Source of the DNA: a bacterium
Lineage (GTDB): Bacteria > SZUA-182 > DTGQ01 > JAFGSM01
Reading direction: 5' to 3'
Length of the DNA stretch: 49,939 bases
Assembly (NCBI GenBank): GCA_049472355.1
Contig: JBLIRP010000017.1
Span: forward strand, 1-49,939
A program made the position numbers and the translations under genes. Shown piece after piece: positions 18,779 to 30,266 of the stretch. The notes under the pieces were generated by a model. The model saw only the letters and a program-made list of their open reading frames with translations, did no database searches and had not been told where the DNA came from. The first letter of the stretch is position 1. Each line of letters starts with the position of its first letter.

Positions 18779-19654
18779 CTACATTTTCCCCGGACGGATC
18801 CCGGCCACCACCCGCTCCTGTCCGCTGTAGTCCTTCACCACCTCTATTTCACGATATCGCCAGGCGGCCAGCATCTCCCGGACGGATGGGGCCTGATCCG
18901 TTCCGATTTCAACGACAAGCCACCCCGTCGGCTTCAAGAATGCGATCGCATCGGGAACCAGACGGCGGTAAAATGCAAGGCCGTCGATTCCTCCATCCAC
19001 GGCAGCCCTCGGTTCAAAACGACTGATTTCCGGCTGAAGTCCATCTATATCCCCTGACGGGATATAGGGAGGATTACAGACCACGAGATCAAAACACGTC
19101 CCTTGTGCGCTCACCGGCTCGAAGAGATCCCCAACAGCGAAATGAATACGTTCCAATACATTATGTATCCTGGCGTTCTCCTTTGCAAGCTCGATCGCCT
19201 GCCCGGAGATATCCGTCGCCCAAAGGGAAGCGGACGGCACCTCCTTTGCCAGGCATACGGCGACGTTCCCGCTCCCGGTGCACACATCGAGTATGCAGTG
19301 TCCCGGGCGGGCCCGTGTAAGGGCGAACTCCACGAGGTGTTCCGTTTCCTGTCTGGGGATGAGCACCCCCGGTCCAACGGCGAACTCAAGCGACCAGAAG
19401 CCCCAGTGGCCGAGTATGTATTGGAGCGGCTCCCTCCTGGAACGCCTGATGACTGCAGAACGGTATTTGGCGAGCTCGGGTGGTGTCAATGGCTGATCAT
19501 AGTGGGTATAAAGCCAGAGGCGATCCTTGCCGAGGGCACAGGCGAGGAGCATTTCCGAATCGAATCGCGGCCGTTCGAGGCCCAGGCCTTCAAGGTAAGG
19601 AATGGTCCATTCCAGAAGCCGTCTTATGGTCCAGACCTTCTCCACATCAGGCAA
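18779..19654 (-). CDS. prmC: Release factor glutamine methyltransferase
   Basis: [25 protein letters not shown] and NPPY motifs; follows prfA. Confidence 0.96.
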   Translation of the reverse strand: MPDVEKVWTIRRLLEWTIPYLEGLGLERPRFDSEMLLACALGKDRLWLYTHYDQPLTPPELAKYRSAVIRRSRREPLQYILGHWGFWSLEFAVGPGVLIPRQETEHLVEFALTRARPGHCILDVCTGSGNVAVCLAKEVPSASLWATDISGQAIELAKENARIHNVLERIHFAVGDLFEPVSAQGTCFDLVVCNPPYIPSGDIDGLQPEISRFEPRAAVDGGIDGLAFYRRLVPDAIAFLKPTGWLVVEIGTDQAPSVREMLAAWRYREIEVVKDYSGQERVVAGIRPGKM

Positions 19655-20717
19655 CCTTCTTCATTTCTTCGGACTTAAAGTGGGCGATGAGTGATTCGAT
19701 CATCTCATCCAATTCCCCGGACAGGACACCCTCCAGCCTATAAAGGGTCAGGCCTATCCTATGGTCGGTAATACGATTCTGCGGGAAATTGTAAGTGCGG
19801 ATCTTCTCGCTCCTGTCACCGGTGCCGATCTGGGATCGACGGTCCCTGGCAATCTGCTCGTGCTGCTCCTCCTGGCGTTGCGTGAGCAGGCGCGCCCTGA
19901 GCACCCGCAATGCCTTCGCACGGTTCTTGTGCTGCGACTTCTCATCCTGGCAGCTCACCACGAGGCCGGTGGGGAGATGGGTGATTCTTACCGCTGAATC
20001 GGTTGTATTCACGCTCTGTCCCCCATGACCTGTCGAACGGAAGACGTCGACTCGAAGCTCTTCCGGACGGATCTCCACATCCACCTCTTCGGCCTCCGGC
20101 AACACGGCAACCGTAACGGCGGAGGTATGGATGCGCCCTGAGGATTCCGTCACCGGCACCCTCTGTACCCTGTGAACACCCATCTCATACTTAAGGTAGC
20201 TGTAAACCTTCTCGCCCTGAATGCCGATAATGATCTCCTTGAATCCCCCCACGCCTATGGGATGGAAACTGATGACCTCTGTCTTCCACCCCTTGCGCTC
20301 CGCATACCGGGTGTACATTCGGACAAGGTCCGCTGCAAAAAGGGCCGCCTCCTCACCCCCTGTTCCCGCCCTGATTTCGAGGATGATATTCTTGTCATCG
20401 TTGGGGTCCTTCGGGAGAAGGAGGATCCTGAGCTCGTCTTCCAGTTCTTCTCTGCACTGTTCCAGTTCTTCCATCTCCATCCGAGCCAGGTCCCGCAATT
20501 CCTTGTCATCCGTCTCCTCCCTGATGATCTGATGTGCCTCTTCAATGCGATCCTCAACCTCTTTGTACCGGCGGTAGGTAGTGACCACCTTTTCAAGCTC
20601 AGCCTGCGACTTCGCATATACTCGATACTGAACCTGATCGGCGATCACTGCCGGATCACTCAGGAGACGATTCAACTCCTCGTATCGTTGTTCAACCTTT
20701 TGTAATTTTTCAAACAT
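19647..20717 (-). CDS. prfA: Peptide chain release factor 1
   Basis: [22 protein letters not shown] (PxT), GGQ, and RTYNFPQ motifs. Confidence 0.98.
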   Translation of the reverse strand: MFEKLQKVEQRYEELNRLLSDPAVIADQVQYRVYAKSQAELEKVVTTYRRYKEVEDRIEEAHQIIREETDDKELRDLARMEMEELEQCREELEDELRILLLPKDPNDDKNIILEIRAGTGGEEAALFAADLVRMYTRYAERKGWKTEVISFHPIGVGGFKEIIIGIQGEKVYSYLKYEMGVHRVQRVPVTESSGRIHTSAVTVAVLPEAEEVDVEIRPEELRVDVFRSTGHGGQSVNTTDSAVRITHLPTGLVVSCQDEKSQHKNRAKALRVLRARLLTQRQEEQHEQIARDRRSQIGTGDRSEKIRTYNFPQNRITDHRIGLTLYRLEGVLSGELDEMIESLIAHFKSEEMKKVA

Positions 20718-20983
20718 GGTCTATTCCTATGGCATATACATCTTAATGGGTTTACTTTTTCCAGTTTAACCCAAAAATTCCATTAAAAAAACCACATAGC
20801 GCGGAAAGTGTCCAATACGGCGAACTCATTATCATGCTTTGGGTGCCCAAAGAAAAGCGAAAATATTCTCGGTATCAGTACGTTTCTTTGTGCCCTCTGT
20901 GGCGGATTGCATTATCGTGATGTAACGCAAACACAACTGCCTTGTCGAAGCGGTGAAGATCAAGGGGAATAAGGATATGGACC

Positions 20984-21751
20984 CTATGAGAAGGGAAGGC
21001 AGTTAAGGCGATCGAGCAATTCCCCTTCCGGAAGGGTGGCAATGCGGGAAAACGCCTCCTTAACCTGGGAGGAGAGGCCGCAGGTCATTTTTCCTTCCGG
21101 ACAGGGCCCTGCCAGGCAAAAAGGTCCTGCATTCTCGAACAGGCTGGGAGAGATGCGCAAGACCTCACGAAGCATCAAGACGGACAATGCCCTGATTTCC
21201 CATTGCGCCCTCTGGCAGCAACGGTAGCGGAAAAAATGCCGCAATTCCCTGGCATTCATGGTAACCGCGATCTTCGTCTCGGCTGCATTGGGAAGGATGT
21301 ATCGGGCATCCTCCTGGGAGACGCCGTCTTCAACCCATGCATCATAGAGCTGATAGATGGTCGCCATAAGATGCTCAAATTGGTCGATCTTTTTTGTGTC
21401 CTGTTTGAGGCATGGTGGTATGACATAGCGAAATCCGCCCTCTTCCCGCACATACCTCTGGCTCCGCTGGGAATAGGATGCCACCCGATGACGGACGAGC
21501 TGATGGGTGGTAACCCGGGAAATACCCTCGATAAGAAAGGTGAACGATGCATGCTCCAGGACCGACTGATGCCCTAAGGAGATGATCTTCCGGACAAAGG
21601 GGATCTGATCGGTCTTGTCCACATCATCCTTCAGGTCCTCCACGTCCAGCGATGAATAACAGAGCCGCGCCGCAGTTGCCACAGCCCTTTCGGGATCGGG
21701 GGTGTGCCGGAAGAGGATTACCCCTGGATACGCCCTCATGCCGTTATCCAT
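20984..21751 (-). CDS. thyX: Flavin-dependent thymidylate synthase
   Basis: [26 protein letters not shown] (RHRx7S), [14 protein letters not shown]. Start likely ATG 21751 overlapping the rpmE stop (ORF track 21811). Confidence 0.95.
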   Translation of the reverse strand: MDNGMRAYPGVILFRHTPDPERAVATAARLCYSSLDVEDLKDDVDKTDQIPFVRKIISLGHQSVLEHASFTFLIEGISRVTTHQLVRHRVASYSQRSQRYVREEGGFRYVIPPCLKQDTKKIDQFEHLMATIYQLYDAWVEDGVSQEDARYILPNAAETKIAVTMNARELRHFFRYRCCQRAQWEIRALSVLMLREVLRISPSLFENAGPFCLAGPCPEGKMTCGLSSQVKEAFSRIATLPEGELLDRLNCLPFS

Positions 21752-21974
21752 TTTTCGCCTTGCCCGCCTTTTTGAGCCCCTTTTCATATTTACGGCGGAA
21801 CTTTTCCACACGTCCTGCGGTATCGATCAGTTTCTGCTTTCCGGTAAAAAAGGGATGGCAGCTCGAACAGATTTCAACATGCATCGTTTCAACCGTGGAT
21901 CCGATGTGATAGGTAGCACCACACGCACAGGTGATCGTTGCGTCATGGTATGGCGGATGGATGTCCTTCTTCAT
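21744..21974 (-). CDS. rpmE: 50S ribosomal protein L31, zinc-binding type
   Basis: MKKDIHP, CACG...[19 protein letters not shown]. Confidence 0.98.
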   Translation of the reverse strand: MKKDIHPPYHDATITCACGATYHIGSTVETMHVEICSSCHPFFTGKQKLIDTAGRVEKFRRKYEKGLKKAGKAKNG

Positions 21975-22021
21975 GCTTCAATGCCTCCTGATCATTCTCT
22001 TTCATAGTTAGGGGAGATCGC

Positions 22022-23278
22022 TCACCCTTCCATCTTATTCATTGCATTAAGGAATTCCTCGTTGTTCTTGGTGCCCGAGAGTTTATCCAGCAGAAATTCC
22101 ATCTTTTCCGTGATGGTGAGGGGCTGCAATATCTTTCTCAACATCCAGACCCTTTGCAACTCAGCCGGTTTAACGAGGAGTTCTTCCTTCCTGGTTCCGG
22201 AGCGGTCGATATCGATCGCCGGGAAGATTCTCCTGTCCACGAGACGACGATCAAGGTTGATCTCCATGTTGCCGGTTCCCTTGAATTCCTCAAAAATGAC
22301 GTCATCCATGCGGCTCCCCGTATCAACCAAGGCGGTGGCGATAATGGTCAGGCTGCCTCCCTCCTCGATATTTCGCGCTGCGCCGAAAAACCTCTTCGGC
22401 TTTTGCAGGGCGTTTGCATCGATCCCGCCGGAGAGCACCTTGCCGCTGGGCGGGGTAAGGGTATTATAGGCACGGGCAAGCCTCGTGATACTGTCTAATA
22501 GTATTACCACATCATGCTTGTATTCCACAAGTCTCTTCGCCTTTTCCATGACCATCTGGGCGACCTGCACGTGTCGTGTCGGGGCCTCATCGAATGTGGA
22601 GCTGATAACCTCACCCTTTACCGAGCGGAGCATGTCCGTCACCTCTTCCGGCCGCTCATCGATGAGCAGGACGATAAGAATGATCTCAGGATGATTGATA
22701 GTGATGCTGTTGGCAATCGCCTGAAGAAGCATGGTCTTCCCCGTCCGGGGAGGTGCGACGATAAGTGCCCTTTGCCCCTTGCCGAGCGGGGTCAACAGGT
22801 CCATCACCCGGGTGGAGAGATTCCCGTCTTCCGTTTCCAGCTTGACCCGCTCCTCCGGATACAAAGGGGTCAGATTGTCGAAAAGGATCTTTTCCTTTGC
22901 CTGCTCGGGGGGCTCAAAGTTGATCGCCTCCACCTTTAGGAGGGCGAAGTATTTTTCAGCCTCCTTGGGAGGCCTGATTTGGCCGAATACCGTGTCACCG
23001 GTTTTGAGGTCAAAACGCCTGATCTGAGATGGAGAAACATAAATATCATCCGGCCCGGGAAGATAGTTATAGTCGGGCGCCCGCAAAAAACCAAAACCGT
23101 CAGGGAGTGTTTCGAGAACACCTTCTCCATAAATGGACCCGTTCATCTCCGTCTGCGCCTGGAGAATACGGAAGATCAGGTCCTGCTTCCGCATGCTGCT
23201 GGTCGATTCTACCCCTAATTCCTTGGCAACCTTGTTCAGTTCTCCGATGGTTTTTTCCTTCAATTCTACAATGTTCAT
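22022..23278 (-). CDS. rho: Transcription termination factor Rho
   Basis: [61 protein letters not shown]. Confidence 0.99.
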   Translation of the reverse strand: MNIVELKEKTIGELNKVAKELGVESTSSMRKQDLIFRILQAQTEMNGSIYGEGVLETLPDGFGFLRAPDYNYLPGPDDIYVSPSQIRRFDLKTGDTVFGQIRPPKEAEKYFALLKVEAINFEPPEQAKEKILFDNLTPLYPEERVKLETEDGNLSTRVMDLLTPLGKGQRALIVAPPRTGKTMLLQAIANSITINHPEIILIVLLIDERPEEVTDMLRSVKGEVISSTFDEAPTRHVQVAQMVMEKAKRLVEYKHDVVILLDSITRLARAYNTLTPPSGKVLSGGIDANALQKPKRFFGAARNIEEGGSLTIIATALVDTGSRMDDVIFEEFKGTGNMEINLDRRLVDRRIFPAIDIDRSGTRKEELLVKPAELQRVWMLRKILQPLTITEKMEFLLDKLSGTKNNEEFLNAMNKMEG

Positions 23279-23590
23279 CTTCGTACCCTTTTACGCCCCT
23301 TTTTGAAACGGTTACAATAATTAAATGCCATAAAGGCGTTGTGCACTTACACTATATTCCACAATCCCTTAACAGGGTATCTCTATATGTTAAGAACCTT
23401 TTGAAATACTGACACGTAGGATGAATTCGACGATTACAGATCACTATAAACCTGAGAAATGGCTGGACCTCTGAAAAGTAGTGTTTTGCAATTTTATCAA
23501 GAACATACCCGTAATGATATGTAAATCGGAAAGGATCTTTTAATAATACTATAAACGTGCACATGCGATTTGTCAAGTCCTTATCGTTTT

Positions 23591-24535
23591 TCATAATAAT
23601 TCATGCATTTCCACATGCTGACCGATCAGAAACAGACGGAGTTTTTTTATGGCGGAACATTCGATCTGCCGAATTCTTTCACGGGTCACGCTGTATCTTT
23701 TGCCGATTTCCTCGAGGGTCTTCGGCTCGCCGTTATGCAAACCGAACCGGAGCGTGATGATCTCCCGTTCCTGAGTGTTCAGGATTTTGAGGAGCAAGGC
23801 GACGTATCGTTGCCGATTCTGCCGTATTATCGACTCTATTGGCGATCGTTCCATCTCGCCACCGTGTTCGCCTGCTTCGAAGATGCCCTTTTTCTCCAGG
23901 TACGTTTCAATGGACACGCTGTGCTGCAATGCATTCATCAGGTTTCGTATCTTCTGAGGCGATTCGTCCAGTTCCGTTGCAAGCTCCTCTGATGTGGGAT
24001 CACGTCCCAATCGCTGCACCATATTCCGCAGGATTCGTAAAAAACGGTTGACCGTTTCGGTCATATTCATGGGCAGCCGTATGGTATTCGAATACTTGGC
24101 CAGCGCCCTTACGATATACTGTTTGATCCACCACGTTGCGTAGGTGCTGAACTTATACCCCCTGCACGGATCGAATTTTTCAACCGCACGTATGAGCCCG
24201 AGATTACCCTCTTCGATCAAGTCCAGTAGGGGCAAACCATGATTCGCGTACCTCTTGGCGATGCTTATCACCAACCGGAGATTCCCTTTAATCAGGAGGG
24301 CGCGCGCCTCCTGATCCCCATGTGTGGTCCTGAGGGCAAGGTCATACTCTTCTTCAGGACTCAACACCTTGATGCCGCTTATATCCTTGAAATAGACGCG
24401 CACGGGATCGAAAATATTTTGGCGTACCCTTTTAGGGGACACCTCCGCATCGATCTCCAGGTTCCTCTTCGTCGCCTCGGAACCGCCTTCGTCATTCTCA
24501 TCTATGAATGAGTCATATACGTCAAGCGAGAGCAT
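23591..24535 (-). CDS. sigma70-family group 2 sigma factor, RpoS-like
   Basis: Region 1.2 (DPVRVYFKDI), NLRLVISIAKRY, DLIEEGNLGL, FSTYATWWI, TLEEIG...TRERIRQIE; no region 1.1; lies directly after an nlpD-like gene. Confidence 0.9.
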   Translation of the reverse strand: MLSLDVYDSFIDENDEGGSEATKRNLEIDAEVSPKRVRQNIFDPVRVYFKDISGIKVLSPEEEYDLALRTTHGDQEARALLIKGNLRLVISIAKRYANHGLPLLDLIEEGNLGLIRAVEKFDPCRGYKFSTYATWWIKQYIVRALAKYSNTIRLPMNMTETVNRFLRILRNMVQRLGRDPTSEELATELDESPQKIRNLMNALQHSVSIETYLEKKGIFEAGEHGGEMERSPIESIIRQNRQRYVALLLKILNTQEREIITLRFGLHNGEPKTLEEIGKRYSVTRERIRQIECSAIKKLRLFLIGQHVEMHELL

Positions 24536-24565
24536 GGTGTGTGCAGTGGCCCTTGTGCAGCATGT

Positions 24566-25237
24566 CTATAGGTGCGGAAGAAATTGAAGGGGATTGACGG
24601 ATTTTTTTTCCTTCCTGATCTCAAAGTGAAGATGCGGCTCTCCACCGTTTTTCGCCTTGCCCACCTGGGCAATAATCTGTCCCCTCTCTATCAAGGCTCC
24701 CATCTTCACCAGTGTTACTCCATTATTGGCGTAGACCGAGGAAAAACCCCCCTTGTGCTTGATGATGATCATATTCCCGTAACCGGCCATATGGTCGCCG
24801 TTATAAATGACCTCTCCCGATGCGGCCGCCTTCACCGGTGTTCCTTCGGGAGATAAGATATCGATACCTGAATAATTGATTGACCCGGAACGTCTAAATC
24901 CCCGAACAACAGGCCCTTTTAAAGGCCATATGAAATCAGGGGCATCATCTTTTCCGAAAGCAGTCTGAGTGGGAATGTATATCTTTCTGCCGACAGGAAG
25001 TTTTGTAACATCATCTATATTATTATATCGGACAATATCCTCCAATGGTACGCCATAGGTATGCGCAATTCTCCAGAGTGTCTCCCCTTTCTTGACAATA
25101 TGGCACCGCTCTTCGTGCGCCGCATCGTCGGTATTTTTGTAATGGTATCTCCCCTGTCCCGGCCAGGTGCAGTGGGAAAGAAACAGACACGCAATACAAA
25201 GGAGCACTATGCGAAATTGTGCAACATACCTTCCCAT
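24566..25237 (-). CDS. LysM-M23 lipoprotein, NlpD-like (degenerate M23, probable amidase activator)
   Basis: Possible lipobox Cys; LysM HIVKKGETLWRIA; M23 with YSGID in place of HxGxD, GYGN and HLHFEIR. Confidence 0.88.
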   Translation of the reverse strand: MGRYVAQFRIVLLCIACLFLSHCTWPGQGRYHYKNTDDAAHEERCHIVKKGETLWRIAHTYGVPLEDIVRYNNIDDVTKLPVGRKIYIPTQTAFGKDDAPDFIWPLKGPVVRGFRRSGSINYSGIDILSPEGTPVKAAASGEVIYNGDHMAGYGNMIIIKHKGGFSSVYANNGVTLVKMGALIERGQIIAQVGKAKNGGEPHLHFEIRKEKKSVNPLQFLPHL

Positions 25238-25497
25238 GTACGATAACGTCTTGTAGGCCTATCCCTCAATTGTCTCTTCGTGATCGCCCTTCTCATTCCG
25301 GCAGGGCACGATACTCATCGTAACAATCCTTGTGCCTTTTCGAGAACAGGCGATTGGGGCTCGTATGGGCAAAGAATCCTTACAGGGCCATAGTAAGCGC
25401 CCTTTAAGGCAGTGACATACGAGAAAATAATGATAATCTAATTAGCGTGCCGAGATGGGGTAATGGTTGATCCTGTACTGCAGGAAATTCTGTATCA

Positions 25498-25575
<78 letters not shown>

Positions 25576-25612
25576 AATCAGCAAATCAGGCACGTATTAT
25601 AGTATATGTTGT

Positions 25613-26113
25613 TCATAAAAAGCAAACGGGTTTGATGAAAACATGCCAACCGAACAATGTGGCCACGGTAACAATGATCCCGGCAATCAAAACCCCGATA
25701 GAGATCGCCGTCAATGAACGGACAAAACCGAAATCAAATAAAAAGGCAACAACGCTCCCTGTCCACGCACCGGTCATGGGCAAAGGAATCGCCACAAAAA
25801 GGAGCAGGCCCAGAAGCTCCAGCCTCTCCACTAAACGGCTCCTCTTACGGGACCGTTCAAAAAGCCATGCAAAAAACCTGGAGAAGGGTCTGAAGCGACT
25901 CAGGTAGTTCGAAACAGGGCCCAAAAACAATAGGACGGGAATAATGGCGACGACGTTACCGCATACGGATAAAAGGTATGCGGATATAACGGGCATCTTC
26001 AAATAGAGGAGGGCCATCGGGATTGCCCCCCGCAATTCAAAAATAGGGAGCATGGCCACCCCGACAGTCTTTGCCTCGGGAGTGGATAATAGCCTTACTA
26101 CCTCGGTCAACAT
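25613..26113 (-). CDS. COG2426 / putative small multidrug export family membrane protein
   Basis: LPIFELRGAIP and LFVAIPLPMTGAWTG motifs; several hydrophobic segments. Confidence 0.85.
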   Translation of the reverse strand: MLTEVVRLLSTPEAKTVGVAMLPIFELRGAIPMALLYLKMPVISAYLLSVCGNVVAIIPVLLFLGPVSNYLSRFRPFSRFFAWLFERSRKRSRLVERLELLGLLLFVAIPLPMTGAWTGSVVAFLFDFGFVRSLTAISIGVLIAGIIVTVATLFGWHVFIKPVCFL

Positions 26114-26116
26114 CCC

Positions 26117-26818
26117 TCAAGCCTCCCAGCCGTAACTGCCTATGAGCTTTACAAAATCGCAGTCTGCGATCACCGTGTGAGAAATGCCGTGATCTTTACG
26201 CTCAACAAGGGTGAGCCGTTGCGCCTTATCATTCCCCACCGGCATGACAAGGCGCCCTTCCTCTGCCAGTTGCCCAACTAGGGGGTCCGGTACCGACGGC
26301 GCTGCAGCGGTGACTATAATCCTATGAAATCGGGCATCTTCCGGCCATCCCTGTGATCCGTCGCAATGCCTGATGACAACATTGTAAAACCCCAATCCGG
26401 CCAGAAGATGTCTCGCCTTCATCGCCAACCCCTGTATTCGTTCAGTACTAAAGACCTGCTGACACAGCATCGCCAAAACGGCTGTTTGATATCCGGAGCC
26501 CGTTCCAATCTCCAGGACCCGATGCCAGGGCTCAAGCGCGAGTGCCTCCGTCATAAGGGCCACCACATATGGTTTGGAGATGGTCTGCCCGTCGCCGATC
26601 GGCAAGGAAAAGTCACCGTAAGCGGTTGCAGCGAGGGCCTCTTCAACAAACAGGTGACGGGAAATCTTCTCCATGGCGTTTATCACCCGTTGGTCCGCGA
26701 TCCCGCGGGCTGCGATCTGCTCCCTGACCATTCGTGAACGAAGGATTTGGTATTCCTTCTCTCCTCGTATGCCTAAAAGGCTCACCATTTTTCTCCGGAA
26801 GGCGGGACCATTCCCCAT
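26117..26818 (-). CDS. pcm: Protein-L-isoaspartate O-methyltransferase
   Basis: [49 protein letters not shown]. Confidence 0.95.
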   Translation of the reverse strand: MGNGPAFRRKMVSLLGIRGEKEYQILRSRMVREQIAARGIADQRVINAMEKISRHLFVEEALAATAYGDFSLPIGDGQTISKPYVVALMTEALALEPWHRVLEIGTGSGYQTAVLAMLCQQVFSTERIQGLAMKARHLLAGLGFYNVVIRHCDGSQGWPEDARFHRIIVTAAAPSVPDPLVGQLAEEGRLVMPVGNDKAQRLTLVERKDHGISHTVIADCDFVKLIGSYGWEA

Positions 26819-27027
26819 ATCGGCGCAGCATCAACGAATACCTGCACCCATCGAGTCAAAACAGGATATCCTTCCCGTGCACCTATGCCATGGGAGTGGA
26901 ACAGAAACACGCCTCACAGGCCATGCAGGTCAATGCCCAGCGGCATTCCTCCGCACATCGCCCTCGACCGTTTCAAAGGCGCTCTATCAGGGGGAAGGAT
27001 ATGAATACAATCCATTATTGGTATTGA

Positions 27028-27096
<69 letters not shown>

Positions 27097-27106
<10 letters not shown>

Positions 27107-27546
27107 ACCTCGTTTTCCGGCTGCATTTCTGATTCCGATTTCACTATATTGAGGATCTGAAGAAGCTGATCCTTATGCTCTCGAAGCAAATGGATGCAGA
27201 TGGCCGGATCCAACTCCATTGACTTTTCCTCTTTGGGGCCGCCGCCATTCCCTGGAAATCCCTGAGCCTTGCCCTGACGTGCCGCCTTTTCGGCGCCCAA
27301 CTGTTTTTTGGCCCCTGCGATGGTGAATTTTTCATTATACAATAATTCTTTTATCCTGGAAAGGACCACCAGGTCCTTTTGCCGGTATACCCGCTGTCCG
27401 AACCGGTTTTTTGCCGGCCTGATCTCCTTGAATTCGGACTCCCAATAACGCAATACATAAGGCTTTACGCCAAAAATGCGGCTTACCTCGCCGATCTTAT
27501 AAAACATCCTTCTGGGAATGGAGGGATCCAAGCTATTCTCATCCAT
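27097..27546 (-). CDS. MerR-family HTH regulator of the type usually found next to ihfA and tRNA-Pro
   Basis: YKIGEVS...[13 protein letters not shown]...GQRVY...[14 protein letters not shown]. Confidence 0.92.
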
Positions 27547-27624
27547 TATTGCGACATCCTACTCTTTCTATATTAATATTTTTGGTTCAGGGATACAATA
27601 ACGAAGTTACTCTGTAAGAGGGCG

Positions 27625-28722
27625 CTACGACGTCTGAGGGCTACTCTTGAGAATAGGTGTTTCGAACCCTTTTTTCATCAAATCCTGACGAACGGCCTCT
27701 GCCTCCTTCGCGCTTTCGAAATTCTCCAGAACAACGGTATACATCGTCGTTTGAGTCATTTCCTCCCGAATAACCGTCCTGTATCCTCGCCGGTTGAGCC
27801 CTTCAACGATCCCCTTGGCGCTCTCCTTATGGATACACGAACTAATCCGAAGAGTAAACCTCCCATCAGGGGAGGGAATAAGGACCGGATCAAATTCATC
27901 GCCCTTTAAGCGATTGAGTACCTTCACTGCCTCCGATTTCTGCGTAAACGTGCCGGAATATACATTGTACATCTTGACCTTACCCGGATTCTCCTTGATT
28001 ACCGGGGCATATCCCATGCCGATCATTTTTTTGAGCAAACCTTCCGCATTCTCGCGTATCACACAACTGCTAAGCTGGAGGTAGTATGGTGAAGGGGATG
28101 CTGCCGAGCCTTTCCGTGACACTGCCCGTCTGACCTCTTCCTTTGGTTGCTTCTTGATCTCCTTTTTTTGCGTGGTCTGTGATTCCCTTTGTTCCTTCAT
28201 CCGAGCGGGTGCGTCCTTCCGAGCGACGTCGGACGATCCGGGAGCCGCCTTCTTTTCTTCCGCCGGCGGCCCAGGCGCCGGCCTTGGCGCCCCCTTGCTC
28301 TCCACAGGCTGGGCATGCTGCACCACCTGAGGGGAAACGTCACCCTTGCCCTGGGCACCCCTGTCGATGCCCGCCTGAACGGGCATCTCCTGATCCGGTC
28401 CCTTTCGGACCCGTGCGTCGTGTTCCGGTACGGTTACGGGCGGGGGTTCCACCGGCTTTACGGTATCGGCAGCCTTTTTCGCAGCAACTGTTACGGAGCC
28501 TGACCCCTTTTCGGGTTTGGGGGTAGAGACCCAGGAGTCAATCTTCGACCCAATCCCTTCCATCAGCAGCGAAAACCATCGTTTCCCATAGGGCGTGGCC
28601 TGAGAGAAATACACTGCACACAACAGCATCAGAATAATCAGCCCGACGAGAATGAATGGCTTATTTCCCCGAGCTTCCTTTACAGAAGTGGAAGAGGGTG
28701 GGGCTAAATTGATATTTTTCAT
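27625..28722 (-). CDS. Membrane-anchored SPOR-domain protein
   Basis: One TM helix, a long Pro/Lys/Ala-rich linker, then tandem SPOR-like repeats (YYLQLSS...NA..L...GY; F....EA.....L...GF). Confidence 0.8.
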   Translation of the reverse strand: MKNINLAPPSSTSVKEARGNKPFILVGLIILMLLCAVYFSQATPYGKRWFSLLMEGIGSKIDSWVSTPKPEKGSGSVTVAAKKAADTVKPVEPPPVTVPEHDARVRKGPDQEMPVQAGIDRGAQGKGDVSPQVVQHAQPVESKGAPRPAPGPPAEEKKAAPGSSDVARKDAPARMKEQRESQTTQKKEIKKQPKEEVRRAVSRKGSAASPSPYYLQLSSCVIRENAEGLLKKMIGMGYAPVIKENPGKVKMYNVYSGTFTQKSEAVKVLNRLKGDEFDPVLIPSPDGRFTLRISSCIHKESAKGIVEGLNRRGYRTVIREEMTQTTMYTVVLENFESAKEAEAVRQDLMKKGFETPILKSSPQTS

Positions 28723-28785
28723 TATGGTCTGTTATCCCTCTCTGTTCCGTATGACATTTCACTATATATAAAAAATTCAACCATG

Positions 28786-29301
28786 TCAACCAATTGTTAG
28801 CCTCTCCGTTCGAATAAAATCCAGCAATTCCCTGACCGCTCCCTTGCCGCCATCCCTTTCGGTCACATAGTCGACTGCCTCCCGCACCTCCCTGACTGCA
28901 TCACCAGGGGCCGCAGAAAGCCCCACCGCTTCCAAAAGGGGCAGATCGTTCAGATCATCCCCCATAAAGGCCACATCCTCGGGCGCGCATGCGCATTGCT
29001 TCAGAATGTCCCTGAGCAGGCCCACCTTATCCCCCACCCCCTGCCAGACATACGCAATGTTCAGTTCGCCGGCCCGTGCCTCAACCAATCCGGAATTCCG
29101 GCCGCTGATAAGACCGACCTCGATCCCCTCCCTCCGGGCAAGGCTGATCCCCATGCCATCCTTGACATTGAATGATTTGAATGCTTCGCCGTCAGGGCCG
29201 TAAATCAGTTGCCCGTCAGTGAGGGTGCCGTCAACATCCAAGAGGACGAGCCGTATACGACGGGCCTTGTTTTTCAGCATATCCCGGGAAACAGGTGGCA
29301 T
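28786..29301 (-). CDS. kdsC: KDO 8-phosphate phosphatase
   Basis: LLDVDGTLTDG, FNVKDGMG, ISGR, MGDDLNDL, GGKGAVRE. Confidence 0.95.
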   Translation of the reverse strand: MPPVSRDMLKNKARRIRLVLLDVDGTLTDGQLIYGPDGEAFKSFNVKDGMGISLARREGIEVGLISGRNSGLVEARAGELNIAYVWQGVGDKVGLLRDILKQCACAPEDVAFMGDDLNDLPLLEAVGLSAAPGDAVREVREAVDYVTERDGGKGAVRELLDFIRTERLTIG

Positions 29302-29303
29302 GC

Positions 29304-30266
29304 CTACACCATTCCCGCCTTCAACAGGTCGTGGAGGTGGATGACCCCAATGGGTCTTTCGTGATCATCAGTGCAGATGAGGGAGGTGATGGAATAGCGT
29401 TCCATGATCTCCACCGCCTTTGCCGCAACCTCATTCTGTGAAATAGTCTTGGGATGGCAGGTCATGACCTCTTCCACCCGCTTGTGCAGGAGATCGTTGT
29501 GTCGTTCCAGCAATCGCCTCAAGTCGCCGTCGGTTATGATACCGGCCAATTTCCCTTTTCCGTCCACCACGCAGGTCATGCCCAGTCTTTTGATGGTCAT
29601 TTCATAGAGGGCATCACGCATCAGTTGCGACGCCTGAATAACCGGTATCTGATCATTTTTATGCATGAGATCACCGATCCTCATCAACCGTCGCCCCAGG
29701 GCACCCCCTGGGTGAAAAACGGCGAAGTCCTCTTCCTTGAATCCCCTCTTTGACAAGAGGGCTATGGCCAAGGCATCCCCGAGCGCCAGGGAGACCGTCG
29801 TACTCACCGTCGGGACAAGGTCGAAGGGGCACGCCTCTTTCTGAAATGAGGCGTTCAGAAAACAGTCGCTCTCCCGTGCCAGCGTGGAAAGCGGGTTGCT
29901 GCTGATGCAAACGAGGGGGATGCCGAATCTCTTGATGCAGGGGATTAGGCCCTTTATTTCATCCGTCTCCCCGCTTCGCGACATTGCCAGCACCACGTCA
30001 CCGCGGACCAGCATTCCCAAATCACCGTGCAGGGCGTCGGCAGGATGAAGGAAAAATGCAGGTGTTCCGGTGCTTGCAAGGGTTGCGGCAATCTTCTTAC
30101 AGATGAGGCCTGATTTGCCCATCCCCGTTACCACTACCCTTCCCCTTGAGGTGTAAATCAAATCCACGGCCTTGACGAAATTCTCATCGAGCCGTTCCTT
30201 CAATTCCAGGATTGATCGACCTTCAAGGTCCAGAACCTCCCTGGCCTGTTCCAAAATGTCACTCAT
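29304..30266 (-). CDS. kdsD: Arabinose 5-phosphate isomerase (KpsF/GutQ family; SIS plus CBS domains)
   Basis: GMGKSG, STGTPAFFLHP, HGDLG, SGET, HPGGALG, GIITDGDLRR. Confidence 0.95.
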   Translation of the reverse strand: MSDILEQAREVLDLEGRSILELKERLDENFVKAVDLIYTSRGRVVVTGMGKSGLICKKIAATLASTGTPAFFLHPADALHGDLGMLVRGDVVLAMSRSGETDEIKGLIPCIKRFGIPLVCISSNPLSTLARESDCFLNASFQKEACPFDLVPTVSTTVSLALGDALAIALLSKRGFKEEDFAVFHPGGALGRRLMRIGDLMHKNDQIPVIQASQLMRDALYEMTIKRLGMTCVVDGKGKLAGIITDGDLRRLLERHNDLLHKRVEEVMTCHPKTISQNEVAAKAVEIMERYSITSLICTDDHERPIGVIHLHDLLKAGMV

